Shown piece after piece: positions 8,370 to 18,245 of a DNA stretch of 64,000 nucleotides; the first letter of the stretch is position 1, and each line of letters opens with the position of its first letter. The translations under genes and the position numbers were made by a program. The stretch comes from a virus (taxonomy: Duplodnaviria; Caudoviricetes). The stretch spans positions 1,134-65,133 of the IMG/VR virus record IMGVR_UViG_3300044617_001934. One strand, 5' to 3'. Below the pieces are notes generated by a model, which saw only the letters and a program-made list of their open reading frames with translations, was not told where the DNA came from and searched no databases.

Positions 8370-9047
8370 ATGGCTGATTTAGCAGTGTTCACTTCTCCTG
8401 AACAGGAAAACAAAGGTGTGGAGTTAGTTACTCCTACAGTACCCACTACTAAGAAAGGTGGTAGACGTAAAGGTGGTGATTTATCTACAGTTGGTAAAGC
8501 ACAAATTACCAGCGTCACATCTGCAAATTTTGACGATGCAACTATCCAAAAGGTAAACATAATTGCAGAGGTTTATGGTGCTGATCATCTTCCTCAGCTT
8601 TATGAAAGACTGATAGCAGAAGCAACTGGACAGAGACAGGTTTTTGATCAGACTCAAGCACTTGAGGAATCCTTAACTATCAGCCGTCACCTAAATGTTG
8701 AACGTGCTGAAAAATTAGGACGTGAAAAAGGTTCTAGACAGATGGAACTACGCCAACTGCTCAAATTTAAAGCGGACGCTGCTCAGTGGATGGACAACCA
8801 ATTTGAAGATATGGTAATTCATTACGCAACTGTTGGATTACCTTATCCTCAGATAGTTGCAACAATGATAACCCATGCAGCTAAGTTACACATTGAGTTA
8901 GTTAATTTCCAAATCAGTAAAGACGGTCAATGGGACTTTCCTGAATACAGATTTTTGCATGAAGATAAAATTGAATCATGTAAGAAACGTCTTGCTGAGT
9001 TAGGAGTAGAAACAGAAAAATTGCAAAAATTAGGAATTGAGGTGTAA
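8370..9047 (+). CDS. hypothetical protein, first gene of membrane-protein cluster
   Basis: 225 aa, GAGG RBS. Confidence 0.75.
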   Translation: MADLAVFTSPEQENKGVELVTPTVPTTKKGGRRKGGDLSTVGKAQITSVTSANFDDATIQKVNIIAEVYGADHLPQLYERLIAEATGQRQVFDQTQALEESLTISRHLNVERAEKLGREKGSRQMELRQLLKFKADAAQWMDNQFEDMVIHYATVGLPYPQIVATMITHAAKLHIELVNFQISKDGQWDFPEYRFLHEDKIESCKKRLAELGVETEKLQKLGIEV

Positions 9048-9049
9048 TC

Positions 9050-9220
9050 ATGCAACCGTCAAGAATTAAAGTTTATCGAGAAGCATTAGAGTTGTCTGGT
9101 GTAGATCCTAATCTAGCCAAGCAAGCTGCTGTTGTCTTAGCTAATGATTCTCTAGAATTGCCAAGATCAGAACGGGGGCAAAGGATTATAACAAAAGCCC
9201 ATCAACAAGCGAATTTATGA
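9050..9220 (+). CDS. small hypothetical protein (56 aa, MQPSRIKVYREALELSG..)
   Basis: Translated by hand; GAGGT RBS, fills operon gap. Confidence 0.6.
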   Translation: MQPSRIKVYREALELSGVDPNLAKQAAVVLANDSLELPRSERGQRIITKAHQQANL

Positions 9221-9348
9221 TTCCTCTGAAAGTCTTGGCTGTATTGCTCTTAATAGCTAGTATGTTCCATCTGATTACATCTAAAGACAAACTAGCTGTT
9301 CTTTCAGGTTTTGGTATTATTCTCTCAATTAGGCTTCTTATAGGTTAG
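9217..9348 (+). CDS. small two-TM membrane protein (43 aa, MIPLKVLAVLLLIAS..)
   Basis: Translated by hand; ATGA overlap with previous ORF. Confidence 0.55.
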   Translation: MIPLKVLAVLLLIASMFHLITSKDKLAVLSGFGIILSIRLLIG

Positions 9349-9356
9349 GAAAAGTC

Positions 9357-9701
9357 ATGAAAAAACGAGATCCTACTAGGCAATTACCAGCAGTTCCACA
9401 ATCTACTCTTGGAGATACTGATTTAACAGATTGGGAGCTAGATGCACTAAAAGCTGAACGTGAAAAAACACATTATTACCGTTTAGCTTTACTTGAACTC
9501 TCAATGGATTTACCAGGACTATTACTATTAGCAAAGGACAGAAAAATGCAAAGTTTCATCGGACAATTTGTGGATGGTAGCCTGTTAACCGGAGCATTAC
9601 TATTTTTTGGTGCTGGGCTACTAGGAGTAACTTTAACTCCTGCTTTAGTTGGGTTAACGTTTGTTGGTGGTGGGCTGATCAATTGTTGTAGTAATGACTA
9701 G
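9357..9701 (+). CDS. membrane protein with C-terminal hydrophobic hairpin
   Basis: 114 aa; LLTGALLFFGAGLLGVTLTPALVGLTFVGGGLI. Confidence 0.7.
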   Translation: MKKRDPTRQLPAVPQSTLGDTDLTDWELDALKAEREKTHYYRLALLELSMDLPGLLLLAKDRKMQSFIGQFVDGSLLTGALLFFGAGLLGVTLTPALVGLTFVGGGLINCCSND

Positions 9702-9712
9702 GAGACAAAACA

Positions 9713-9910
9713 ATGAAACTTTATAACATTTATTCAAGAACGGATCATGTGGAGGATGGATTTACACAATATAATTCACGTCCGCTATCAAAAGAACAAG
9801 CGGAATCATGGAAACAAATGTTTCAGAAAAAATACCCTAAAAGAAAGTTTTTTCTGAGAGAACATAGACGCAAATCTGCTTTAGCTTATGAGCAGGTAAG
9901 TGTATGTTAA
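9713..9910 (+). CDS. hypothetical protein
   Basis: 65 aa, AGGAG RBS. Confidence 0.6.
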   Translation: MKLYNIYSRTDHVEDGFTQYNSRPLSKEQAESWKQMFQKKYPKRKFFLREHRRKSALAYEQVSVC

Positions 9911-10335
9911 CTTATTCTGAACCTACTAGACAATTCCATCTGTCAGAAAAACTAAAACCAAAAACAGCTATTCTGGGGTCGGTTTTAGTCTTAGGAGTCC
10001 TATTCTACTCACAATCAATAAAACCTCCTAAAACCGTAGAGCTATCCACTAATAACCAATCACCCGAATATACTAAATGGGTTGAAAGATTAGCAGATAG
10101 CTACACTCAAATAGCAGAAGAAAGCGTTAAAAAACCAGGTGATTTTTGTTTTAAATTGACTATCACTGATTGCCTGGAACAACTAAGACCAGATCAACCT
10201 AGAAAGCTGAAATCTTTTCCACCAGCAACTGCTATTAGATCAGACTTAACTTTATTAGGTTATCAAGTTCGGATGGATGCAATTGACTTTGCAAAGGAAC
10301 GACTAAAAGATACTCAACAACCTAGCAGTCTTTGA
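9904..10335 (+). CDS. single-pass membrane protein
   Basis: 143 aa; N-terminal TM TAILGSVLVLGVLFY. Confidence 0.7.
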   Translation: MLTYSEPTRQFHLSEKLKPKTAILGSVLVLGVLFYSQSIKPPKTVELSTNNQSPEYTKWVERLADSYTQIAEESVKKPGDFCFKLTITDCLEQLRPDQPRKLKSFPPATAIRSDLTLLGYQVRMDAIDFAKERLKDTQQPSSL

Positions 10336-10345
10336 GGGTAAACAG

Positions 10346-10978
10346 GTGGGCAAATTTAGGCTAGAAGCAAAAACTATTTATACTGGTGTCCAGCAAATGA
10401 CTGGAATCTCTCAATCAACTTTGACTGCTGCGATGGCAGGTGATTTAGGCGCTGCTGACACAATCCTCAAATATAATGAGGAAACGGTAAAACGTGCTGA
10501 AATTGCTGATACTGTGATCACTTCTTTACAGGATGGAATTGAAGCACAAGGTAGAATTATTCAAGCTGAGGCTGCTTTCCTAAAACAAGCTAGTTCTACC
10601 ATCACAGCAGCAACAAAATTAACTTCTGAAATTAATCAAGCTGATCTGAAATTGCAGCATACAACCAAAGAAATAATGCTTGAGGATAAGCTAAAGCAGA
10701 CTCAATTGATACAGGATCACAAGCGTAAAATATGTTTGTTGCCCCAACAATATAAAACTGATGAAATAGTATCTGATATCAACTTTCAGCAGAAACGTTA
10801 TCAACTAACTCAAAGAGTAAATGAAGCTAGGGAAAGTGCAAATGCTGACAAGAAACAGTTGACTCCCAGACAACAGACAATGGAAAATCTGAGAGAGTTA
10901 ACAGGTACAACGGCTAAAGCTGGATCAGGTATTGGTGGGTTTTTTAGTAATGTATTTAAAGGATTTTTTAGAGCATAA
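10346..10978 (+). CDS. coiled-coil protein with amphipathic C-terminus
   Basis: 210 aa; ends GIGGFFSNVFKGFFRA. Confidence 0.7.
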   Translation: MGKFRLEAKTIYTGVQQMTGISQSTLTAAMAGDLGAADTILKYNEETVKRAEIADTVITSLQDGIEAQGRIIQAEAAFLKQASSTITAATKLTSEINQADLKLQHTTKEIMLEDKLKQTQLIQDHKRKICLLPQQYKTDEIVSDINFQQKRYQLTQRVNEARESANADKKQLTPRQQTMENLRELTGTTAKAGSGIGGFFSNVFKGFFRA

Positions 10979-10983
10979 AGATA

Positions 10984-11178
10984 ATGAACGAAGTGAGGGT
11001 TGGGCAAATTTGGAGAGACAACGACAAACGTAATTATACTAGACGGGTAGAGGTTGTCTCAATTGAAGGTGAAAAAGCCACAGTAATAAATCTGGAGACA
11101 AGAAAACAAACTAGAATTTCTCTGAAGAGATTTAAACCAAATGCCACAGGTTACGTATTAGTAAAGGACGTACAATGA
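10984..11178 (+). CDS. small beta-barrel phage protein
   Basis: 64 aa, VRVGQIWRDNDKR motif common in phage proteins. Confidence 0.7.
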   Translation: MNEVRVGQIWRDNDKRNYTRRVEVVSIEGEKATVINLETRKQTRISLKRFKPNATGYVLVKDVQ

Positions 11179-11417
11179 AAACATCGAAATTGGGATTTAA
11201 TTACACAATCTGTAAAGACGAGTGCGGGAGGGTAGCAATTAATGTTTATAGACTTCCAAAAAATTTAGGTGTAGCACTATTTAACTTGGAAGTTTCACCT
11301 CATACGAAACACACATTAGACTCAATACACAGACAGTTTAAAACTATCAGTAGTCAAGAAATTGCTACTTTGCACACAGCAGTCAGAAACATAATCAGAA
11401 AATATAGTGAGGCTTAA
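11175..11417 (+). CDS. hypothetical protein
   Basis: 80 aa, ATGA overlap. Confidence 0.6.
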   Translation: MKTSKLGFNYTICKDECGRVAINVYRLPKNLGVALFNLEVSPHTKHTLDSIHRQFKTISSQEIATLHTAVRNIIRKYSEA

Positions 11418-11958
11418 AATGTTATCAAACTATCAACCTTATCAAGATAATGAAGATCCTTATCTTCAGGAAAGATACGACAGTGAGCAAGTACAGAAAA
11501 GAATAGAACAATCAGACGCTTGGATTGCCACAGGGGTGGGTATTGCTCAAGGAACTATTTTATCTGGTGTTCAATTAGTGTCGGTTCAATATTTGTATGA
11601 TCAAGGACAAACAGGGTTGTACCCATTAGGTGTAGGAGCTATCCCTGTAGCAATTGCCTTTGGGATTGCCCTCAATACCGTAACTATTGATAACGGATTT
11701 TCTGTATCTGATCTGGGTAAATTTGGAGCAGGTCTAGCTTTATCTGGGATGCTGACCTGTAGCAGTGCTAAACTTTACTTAGATAACCAACGTGCTGAAT
11801 CCATAGCTAAGGAAGGGATTGCAACTATTAAGAAAGATTTAGATGTTTATGAAGGTCGGAAAGATAATAGCAACTTTTTGGGTTCAGGGTTTATGCTTTT
11901 GGTTGCTTTGGGTGTGGGAATTGCGATCGCATCTGCACTAAAAAACAGGAGAAAATAA
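11407..11958 (+). CDS. multi-pass membrane protein
   Basis: 183 aa with 3-4 hydrophobic Gly/Ala-rich segments. Confidence 0.7.
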   Translation: MRLKMLSNYQPYQDNEDPYLQERYDSEQVQKRIEQSDAWIATGVGIAQGTILSGVQLVSVQYLYDQGQTGLYPLGVGAIPVAIAFGIALNTVTIDNGFSVSDLGKFGAGLALSGMLTCSSAKLYLDNQRAESIAKEGIATIKKDLDVYEGRKDNSNFLGSGFMLLVALGVGIAIASALKNRRK

Positions 11959-12094
11959 TGAATTATTCAGATTATTTTTTTACTTTTGGTATCTTAAATA
12001 AAACAGACTCAAGACGGTTTAGCATCACCAAACATCCTGGTTATTTCGGGATTAGATTATATTTTCTTTATCTTAGATGGCAGGCAAAATAATT

Positions 12095-12128
12095 AAAAAA
12101 CCCTCTGACTTAACTAGCTAGAGGGTTT
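12095..12128. terminator. terminator hairpin with ACTTAACTAGC loop
   Basis: AAACCCTCT..AGAGGGTTT between convergent operons. Confidence 0.7.
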
Positions 12129-12133
12129 ACTTA

Positions 12134-12328
12134 TTAAATTCTTAGGTCATCTCTTTTAAATTCTTCCACCAGTTCTTTGATCTCTTCCATGCGTTCTTTA
12201 TTCTTCTTATTTTTCTTGATATATGCTAACAAAACAGATGAAATTTCATCTGCGAGTTCCAACATCTCTTGGAACTCCTCAATTGTTAGAACTTCATTGT
12301 AAACCTCAGCCCTCATTGTTCTACTCAT
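12134..12328 (-). CDS. hypothetical protein
   Basis: 64 aa, overlaps upstream gene. Confidence 0.6.
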   Translation of the reverse strand: MSRTMRAEVYNEVLTIEEFQEMLELADEISSVLLAYIKKNKKNKERMEEIKELVEEFKRDDLRI

Positions 12329-12518
12329 CTGTTTTACCTGCCTTAATTATTTCAGCCATTTTATCAAGTCCCCTACCAACCACACCGTCCCCTAACAGTT
12401 TTGCAAGTTCTACTGTTTCAGGTTTTAAAGGTATGGTGTGTTTCTTTGCACCATCTGTCCGCTTTGGACTCCCAAGTTTTAAATTTTCTTGGGAGTTTGG
12501 GTTTTCACCTTTAGGCAT
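12321..12518 (-). CDS. small DNA-binding protein (GxNPNS motif + RHH-like)
   Basis: 65 aa; resembles C-terminus of 37337-38059. Confidence 0.55.
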   Translation of the reverse strand: MPKGENPNSQENLKLGSPKRTDGAKKHTIPLKPETVELAKLLGDGVVGRGLDKMAEIIKAGKTDE

Positions 12519-12709
12519 TATATTTCTGTAATCGTTACCGCAGACTCTGATAAGTCTTCAATCTGAGATTCACTCTTAAATAGAGTGAATGCCTCTTTTT
12601 CATTCAGCACTAGATAATTCTTTCCTCTTAGGAAGGAGACAATCCCTCTGGAGGAAAGAATTTTGCAAAATTCTTTTGTTAGCATCACTTGATACAGTGT
12701 CAGTTTCAT
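12518..12709 (-). CDS. hypothetical protein
   Basis: 63 aa behind TTGACA-18-TATAGT (12771-12742) and GAGG RBS. Confidence 0.6.
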   Translation of the reverse strand: MKLTLYQVMLTKEFCKILSSRGIVSFLRGKNYLVLNEKEAFTLFKSESQIEDLSESAVTITEI

Positions 12710-12865
12710 CTGTTTCCTCTGTTTTGTCTTTGGCTCTCCCCACTATACGTCCACTGGAAAACATTTGTCAACACTTGAGATAAAATATTTTTTTTAATAG
12801 CTTCAAAAACTTACTACATAAGCATTTTAAAAATAGAATCAGTGGACTGATTCTATTTTGTTGTA

Positions 12866-13396
12866 TCAATATCCAAAATTCACCTTAATATATGTTCCCC
12901 ACAGATTATCAATAGGTTTATTTTTATAAGCAGCGTATTTAATACAGTTTGCAGTGCCACCCGCTTGACTACCATCATAAAGTGCAATCACACGGCTACA
13001 TTTGTCTACCATCCATCGGTTTCTAATCATCAGCTTTTTAGCCTCATAGCCACCATCACAAACAATCACGACTTGTTTAGCTTGTTGTAACACTTTGTAG
13101 TATAGATGTTTATCTTCTGCACTCCATAATCTTTCTTGACCCTTAAATGGAACAGCAGCAATCAATGGTATTTCCAATTTGATAGCTGCTATTGCTAAAG
13201 CAACATCCCAACCTAAAGCCATACCACTAATAACTTGATCTGGTAGTTTCTTTTCTAGATACCAGATAGCTAAATCAGTTAATCGTTCCCTCAGAATTGG
13301 ATTATAAGGATCAATCTTTCCTAAAGAAAGCCTATCAGGTCGGTGTCCCGTTCCGGCAACGGTATCTAGTTGTGGTTGCAGTAGGTTGAGTTGCAT
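12866..13396 (-). CDS. YspA/DUF1273-like SLOG family protein
   Basis: TGHRP, ISGMALGWD, RNRWMVD, GGTANCI motifs. Confidence 0.85.
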   Translation of the reverse strand: MQLNLLQPQLDTVAGTGHRPDRLSLGKIDPYNPILRERLTDLAIWYLEKKLPDQVISGMALGWDVALAIAAIKLEIPLIAAVPFKGQERLWSAEDKHLYYKVLQQAKQVVIVCDGGYEAKKLMIRNRWMVDKCSRVIALYDGSQAGGTANCIKYAAYKNKPIDNLWGTYIKVNFGY

Positions 13397-13426
13397 GGGT
13401 TTGGTTTTGAGATATTGGGAATTAGG

Positions 13427-13816
13427 TTAACACCTTCTTTGTTGTACTTTTTTGTAGTTATTTTGTAACATCCTAGTGAACTGTGCTGTGTTGTGATTTT
13501 TCCAGATCGGATCAGTTGGGTGAATTACCCAGTTTTTAGGATGGTGACAAATGTGCTGATGACAGCTTAAACAAACAGGAAAACAGTTAGAGCCAATCCT
13601 ATCACCCGATTTCCGATAGCTAGAATGGTGCAGTTGATCTGACTGCCTAGCCATGCAAACACAGCATAATCCATTAGTCTTTTGATGCGCTCTAGCACAT
13701 TGTTTCCTATACCTTACTGGATCACCATACCTATCACTATATTTTTCCTTCTCTAGCGGTCGGGACTTTAGGACTACAAACTTCTGAAAGTCCCTGAGTT
13801 TATGTGTGCGGGACAT
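13427..13816 (-). CDS. HNH endonuclease
   Basis: CCVC..LHH..N..VCLSCH zinc/HNH pattern. Confidence 0.75.
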   Translation of the reverse strand: MSRTHKLRDFQKFVVLKSRPLEKEKYSDRYGDPVRYRKQCARAHQKTNGLCCVCMARQSDQLHHSSYRKSGDRIGSNCFPVCLSCHQHICHHPKNWVIHPTDPIWKNHNTAQFTRMLQNNYKKVQQRRC

Positions 13817-13901
13817 TTCAAACCTCCTGGTATTTTACTTGATCTTTTCATTCTAACTAGAATATTATAATATAAACCATAAAACAAAGGAAACAGATAA
13901 A

Positions 13902-16070
13902 ATGAACTCGCAATTTGATCTGAAAGTGCAGACTTATAGCATCCCTAAGTTAACTCTGCTTAGTTGGGGATTATTAGCAGCAGCATTAGGCAGCGCGATC
14001 GCTTCCCACTATGGTAGTTATCCAAAGTCGGCAGATCTGTGTTTTTATCCTGTAGCTGCACAGAATAAGGATCATCAAATTAAGGAGCAACAAACCGAGA
14101 ATAGTTTGCTAAATGTGAATGACAGCCAACGCAACCTTAACAGTAAACTATCATTAGGTGCAAAGTTCTGTAATATCCGACGGGGTGATGTGGGTACTAT
14201 TCCTCAAAGCTATATAAATAAAGCACTCCACAGCAGTGTAAATGATCGCGCTAGTGATTTGGCTTTAGTCAGTCAAGGATTACGGGAAGGTTGGTTATAT
14301 CAGCTTCATGAAATACCTGCTGAAAATCCCCATAAAATCCTGTTTGGTTGGTTAACTTTTGGGTTTGGCAGTCTATCACTTTGGGCATTTAGATTTACTC
14401 AAGATCAGCTGTCTTTGTTGCGTCCTAAATATCGTGCCACCCATAGATTAGCTAGTATTCAATCTGGTTTTGCTTTAAGTTTTGCCGAAGCTGATTTAAA
14501 GATGTCAGCAGAATTGTTATTAGTCAAACTTCGCGGTTTACGTGAGGCTGATGCTAGAAAAGTGTTTTTAGCGAGTCTCACTGATGAACAGGCTTTTAGC
14601 TTGCTTAGTTCAATGGATGCCCAAGACTATACGGACTTCGGATATCTGATTGACGGTGGTGCTAGTTTTGGTAAATTCCTATCCCCTAGTGATAGTGCAG
14701 AAGCAACACTAGACAATAGTGCTGTTTATGAAACTGTAGGAGATATAGAAGATGAGGATTTACCCCAGGAAAGACCTCAGTATACTCGCACAGATAACCT
14801 GCCAAGAGAGGATAAATATGAACCTTTTAGACAGCAAGGTTTGAGTATTATTAAACAAGCCGGATCACCTGGTAAATGCAAGGCGTTGATCGCTCCTAGT
14901 CGTACTGGAAAAACCACAGTAGTCTATTTCATGATTGAGGAAACCATTAAACTGGTAGGTGAGGAAAACTTAACCTGTTATGTTTGGCAAGGTAAAGGTA
15001 TTGAACCTGTACACCCAAATATTCCTAGAAAAAACCACAATGGATTTACACTTAAAAACTTTGGGTTAGAAAGTTTAAATTTAGTGTGGGATGAATATGA
15101 AACTAGGCAGGAATTATTAGAGAAAGGTTATCGTGACTTTGCTCCCGTTTTACTAATCATCACTGACTGGCAATCTATCAAGGATCAATTAAGTTCTCAA
15201 GACAAGGAAACTTTCAAAGATGTTACAGCTAAAATCATGACTTTAGCTAATAATGGTGCTGCGTTGGGAACTACAGTTTGGTTAGATACTCAATCGCCTA
15301 ATGTGAATGATTGGGGTCTGGGATCTGCGAGTATCAGAGATAATTTTGATATCTTTGCTATTGCTAGAATTGGCAATGATTCCAATGGTCAAATCATTGG
15401 TGATACTAAATGTATTACAAAGGTTTTGCAGAATGATTATTTAGTACCGAGTGAGAGCGATCGCACCAAAGCAGTTGAACAATATAATTTTCTACTGGAA
15501 GGAATGCAGAATAAGAAGATCACAACTTCTGTTATTTTGTCTACTGCTGGTGTGGTTCGTTTAGGGATTACTCCTAAATTTGAGCGAAAAGCACTCCAGT
15601 TTGAGAATACAGTGGAAGCTAATAAACCCACAGAAAAACCTGCTGATATTTGGACTGAACCAACGGCAACTACAGAACCAACTAAACCTGTAGAACCACC
15701 AAAAGTTTCCTATGTTAAGTCAGAAACTAATGGTGAAATTCCAATGAAACAGAGAGTTCAGAAATTAGTCAAATCTGGCAAAAACTATAAACAGATTTGT
15801 TCTGAAATTTGGGGAGATAAACCTATTGAACAAATAGCACCAATGCTAGGTAGCTGCTGCCGTCTGGATAAAATAAACATCTTATCTGAATGTGCTAGTT
15901 TTCTACTGAATATCTTACGTGGTAACGGCTGGGTAGATATTTCCGGTGATTGGTTTATCAGTCAAGTAGTTGAGGAATTAGCTGATTTTCAAGTTAATGA
16001 TGGACTGCAAGAATTACTGCTTTTAGGCTATATCCAGGCTGATAATACCAATGTAAGAGCTTTATACTAA
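13902..16070 (+). CDS. membrane-anchored FtsK/HerA-superfamily ATPase (TraB/coupling-protein-like)
   Basis: Two N-terminal TM segments, Walker A APSRTGKTT, Walker B LLIITD, motif WLDTQSP and IRDNF, Pro-rich linker, C-terminal helical domain. Confidence 0.65.
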   Translation: MNSQFDLKVQTYSIPKLTLLSWGLLAAALGSAIASHYGSYPKSADLCFYPVAAQNKDHQIKEQQTENSLLNVNDSQRNLNSKLSLGAKFCNIRRGDVGTIPQSYINKALHSSVNDRASDLALVSQGLREGWLYQLHEIPAENPHKILFGWLTFGFGSLSLWAFRFTQDQLSLLRPKYRATHRLASIQSGFALSFAEADLKMSAELLLVKLRGLREADARKVFLASLTDEQAFSLLSSMDAQDYTDFGYLIDGGASFGKFLSPSDSAEATLDNSAVYETVGDIEDEDLPQERPQYTRTDNLPREDKYEPFRQQGLSIIKQAGSPGKCKALIAPSRTGKTTVVYFMIEETIKLVGEENLTCYVWQGKGIEPVHPNIPRKNHNGFTLKNFGLESLNLVWDEYETRQELLEKGYRDFAPVLLIITDWQSIKDQLSSQDKETFKDVTAKIMTLANNGAALGTTVWLDTQSPNVNDWGLGSASIRDNFDIFAIARIGNDSNGQIIGDTKCITKVLQNDYLVPSESDRTKAVEQYNFLLEGMQNKKITTSVILSTAGVVRLGITPKFERKALQFENTVEANKPTEKPADIWTEPTATTEPTKPVEPPKVSYVKSETNGEIPMKQRVQKLVKSGKNYKQICSEIWGDKPIEQIAPMLGSCCRLDKINILSECASFLLNILRGNGWVDISGDWFISQVVEELADFQVNDGLQELLLLGYIQADNTNVRALY

Positions 16071-16236
16071 ACCCGTGTACTATACTGATAATAGGTTTGT
16101 ATTGGTTTACTTTGAGACTTCATAATCATCTGCCTATTGTTGACAGATGATTTTTTTTATTTAATAAAATGTTTTACTATTTTGCTTGACAATATTTTAA
16201 TAGTTAGTTATAGTAGGTTACATAAAGGTAAACAGA

Positions 16237-16596
16237 GTGATAAAGATGTCTAAACACCAGATGTTGAAACAACCAGTTAAATTAATTTGTCCTGAATACC
16301 AAACAGCTTACTACCCCTTAAAGTGGTCTAAGGATAGCTGCTGGTATAATGCACCCATTCAGTCAAGTTTTGATGATTTACGTAATCCCCAAAATTGTTT
16401 TCATGTAAATATAGAAAAACTAAATAATGATAAATATCAAGTATTTACAATGGAACATGAACCAGAAGAAATTGAAAAACAACATGGTAAATCCATTTTC
16501 AATACCTTGAGAGAAGCAAAGGAATTTTTACAGCAGTGGGCAATACAATATACCTGGTTGGAAAACCAGATAGCAAAAGATCCCATGTGCGCTTAA
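16237..16596 (+). CDS. hypothetical protein
   Basis: 119 aa behind TTGACA-17-TATAGT (16186-16214). Confidence 0.7.
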   Translation: MIKMSKHQMLKQPVKLICPEYQTAYYPLKWSKDSCWYNAPIQSSFDDLRNPQNCFHVNIEKLNNDKYQVFTMEHEPEEIEKQHGKSIFNTLREAKEFLQQWAIQYTWLENQIAKDPMCA

Positions 16597-16891
16597 TTAA
16601 AATTAATACATAAATAAATCACTTTCTGGGTTCAGGAGGTGATTTTTGTTTTATGGTTAGTCTATGGCTTCCCTTCTATGTGGGGAAGTCTTTTTTATTT
16701 TATAAAATAACCTAGACATTATAATATAAATCCGTAAAATAGCGATAAAATTTTTTATAAAATTCTGATATTCTATAAAATTTTATGCTACATTGTTGAG
16801 ACAACCCGTCAAACAGATGAGACGCTGTGAACGCCTCAAATGTTTATTAACAACGGGAGTCACCTAAACAGTTTTAAGGAACTAGGCAACT

Positions 16892-17683
16892 ATGTCTATT
16901 TTACAGCACAACTACAAAAGCGTAGTAATTTCCCAAACAGCAGATGATACTCAGATAGGTAATTATAAAATCCCTAAAGGGTATGTCAATTTAACAGAGA
17001 TGTGTAAAACCAACCCTAAGAAAAGACTTGCTGACTATCTCAGACTATCCTCGACTAAAGAGTATATTTTAGAACTTGAAAACGATATGGGGATTCCCGC
17101 ATCGTCTATCATTATTGAGGTTGAAGGCTACGGTCACGTACAAGGTACTTGGGGTCACACTGAGATTGCTATAGATTTAGCTCGTTGGGTTAACACCCCA
17201 TTCAGAGTTTGGGCTAACCGTGTTTTGTCCTTAGTTGTCAATGGTGAGTTTGCAGCACTCACACCAGAAGCGGAAGCGGCTATGAAAAAGCTGACTAAAC
17301 TCTGGGAACAGATCCGGCAACATGGTAAAGAGACTCGCAGGACGCTGACAGATGCGATCGCTGCTTACATCAAAAGACATCCAGAACTTGATGAGAAATA
17401 TAATTCTGATGTTTGGTGGATGGCTACAAACGCTATGTATAACATCGTGTTTGGTTTAGACGCTACTGAATTAGAAAAGTTTTTAGATTGCAAACGGCAT
17501 AAGTCCAGAGACTTTCTAGATCAGAAATGTCTCATGGCTATTGACAGAGCAGAAGCCGGAATTTGTCAGCTAATAGATAACCGTGATATTGGACCATGTG
17601 ATGCTGTGTTTCAATACCGCGACTTCTTTGGAGTAAAGCAGATGTTCCCTAACAAAAAGTTGGAACAGGCTGATCTAAATTAA
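16892..17683 (+). CDS. KilA-N domain protein
   Basis: GYVNLTEMCK..KRLADYLRL..GTWGHTEIAIDLARWVN. Confidence 0.9.
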   Translation: MSILQHNYKSVVISQTADDTQIGNYKIPKGYVNLTEMCKTNPKKRLADYLRLSSTKEYILELENDMGIPASSIIIEVEGYGHVQGTWGHTEIAIDLARWVNTPFRVWANRVLSLVVNGEFAALTPEAEAAMKKLTKLWEQIRQHGKETRRTLTDAIAAYIKRHPELDEKYNSDVWWMATNAMYNIVFGLDATELEKFLDCKRHKSRDFLDQKCLMAIDRAEAGICQLIDNRDIGPCDAVFQYRDFFGVKQMFPNKKLEQADLN

Positions 17684-17688
17684 TATAC

Positions 17689-17721
17689 TAAAAAACCTCT
17701 AACACTTAGCTGCTAGAGGTT
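17689..17721. repeat. 33-bp terminator-like repeat, copy 1
   Basis: TAAAAAACCTCTAACACTTAGCTGCTAGAGGTT identical to 18207-18239. Confidence 0.9.
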
Positions 17722-17743
17722 AAATACTAAAATAGAGGTAAAG

Positions 17744-18205
17744 ATGATTTTAAAACTAGAAATAGCAGAAAGCCAAGAGTATTTAAACGAGCAGACTATT
17801 TATGGTAAGGTGTCTAGCTGTGTAGTCTCAGGAGAATGTAGAACCTACCAACTATCGAACCCTATAGCTCTATCTTTTAAAGCAGATTTTCAGGCAGCAC
17901 ATGATGTTTCGGTTTTGACCTTCGATGATGGAAAATCCTGGTCTTTATCTTTCAAAATCAAGTTAGGAAACCCTGATATAACTATTAGTGGAATACCAGT
18001 TAATGTGTCCTCAGTTAATGAATTTCCAGACTTTTTTGAGAAGGTTGATGTCTTCCTGGATATAACTAAACAGCTTTATAATGCACACCAAGAAGCTATA
18101 GGCTGGGTAGATCATAAAGGTTGTAATAATCCAAAGTTTGAAGATTTACCAGAAGCTACCAAGAATAATTGGAAACAGAAAATTCAAAAAGTTATTGACG
18201 TATAG
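17744..18205 (+). CDS. hypothetical protein flanked by identical 33-bp repeats
   Basis: 153 aa, GAGGT RBS. Confidence 0.7.
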   Translation: MILKLEIAESQEYLNEQTIYGKVSSCVVSGECRTYQLSNPIALSFKADFQAAHDVSVLTFDDGKSWSLSFKIKLGNPDITISGIPVNVSSVNEFPDFFEKVDVFLDITKQLYNAHQEAIGWVDHKGCNNPKFEDLPEATKNNWKQKIQKVIDV

Positions 18206-18206
18206 T

Positions 18207-18239
18207 TAAAAAACCTCTAACACTTAGCTGCTAGAGGTT
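18207..18239. repeat. 33-bp terminator-like repeat, copy 2 (bidirectional terminator)
   Basis: Identical to 17689-17721, A-run before and T-run after. Confidence 0.9.
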
Positions 18240-18245
18240 TTTTAA

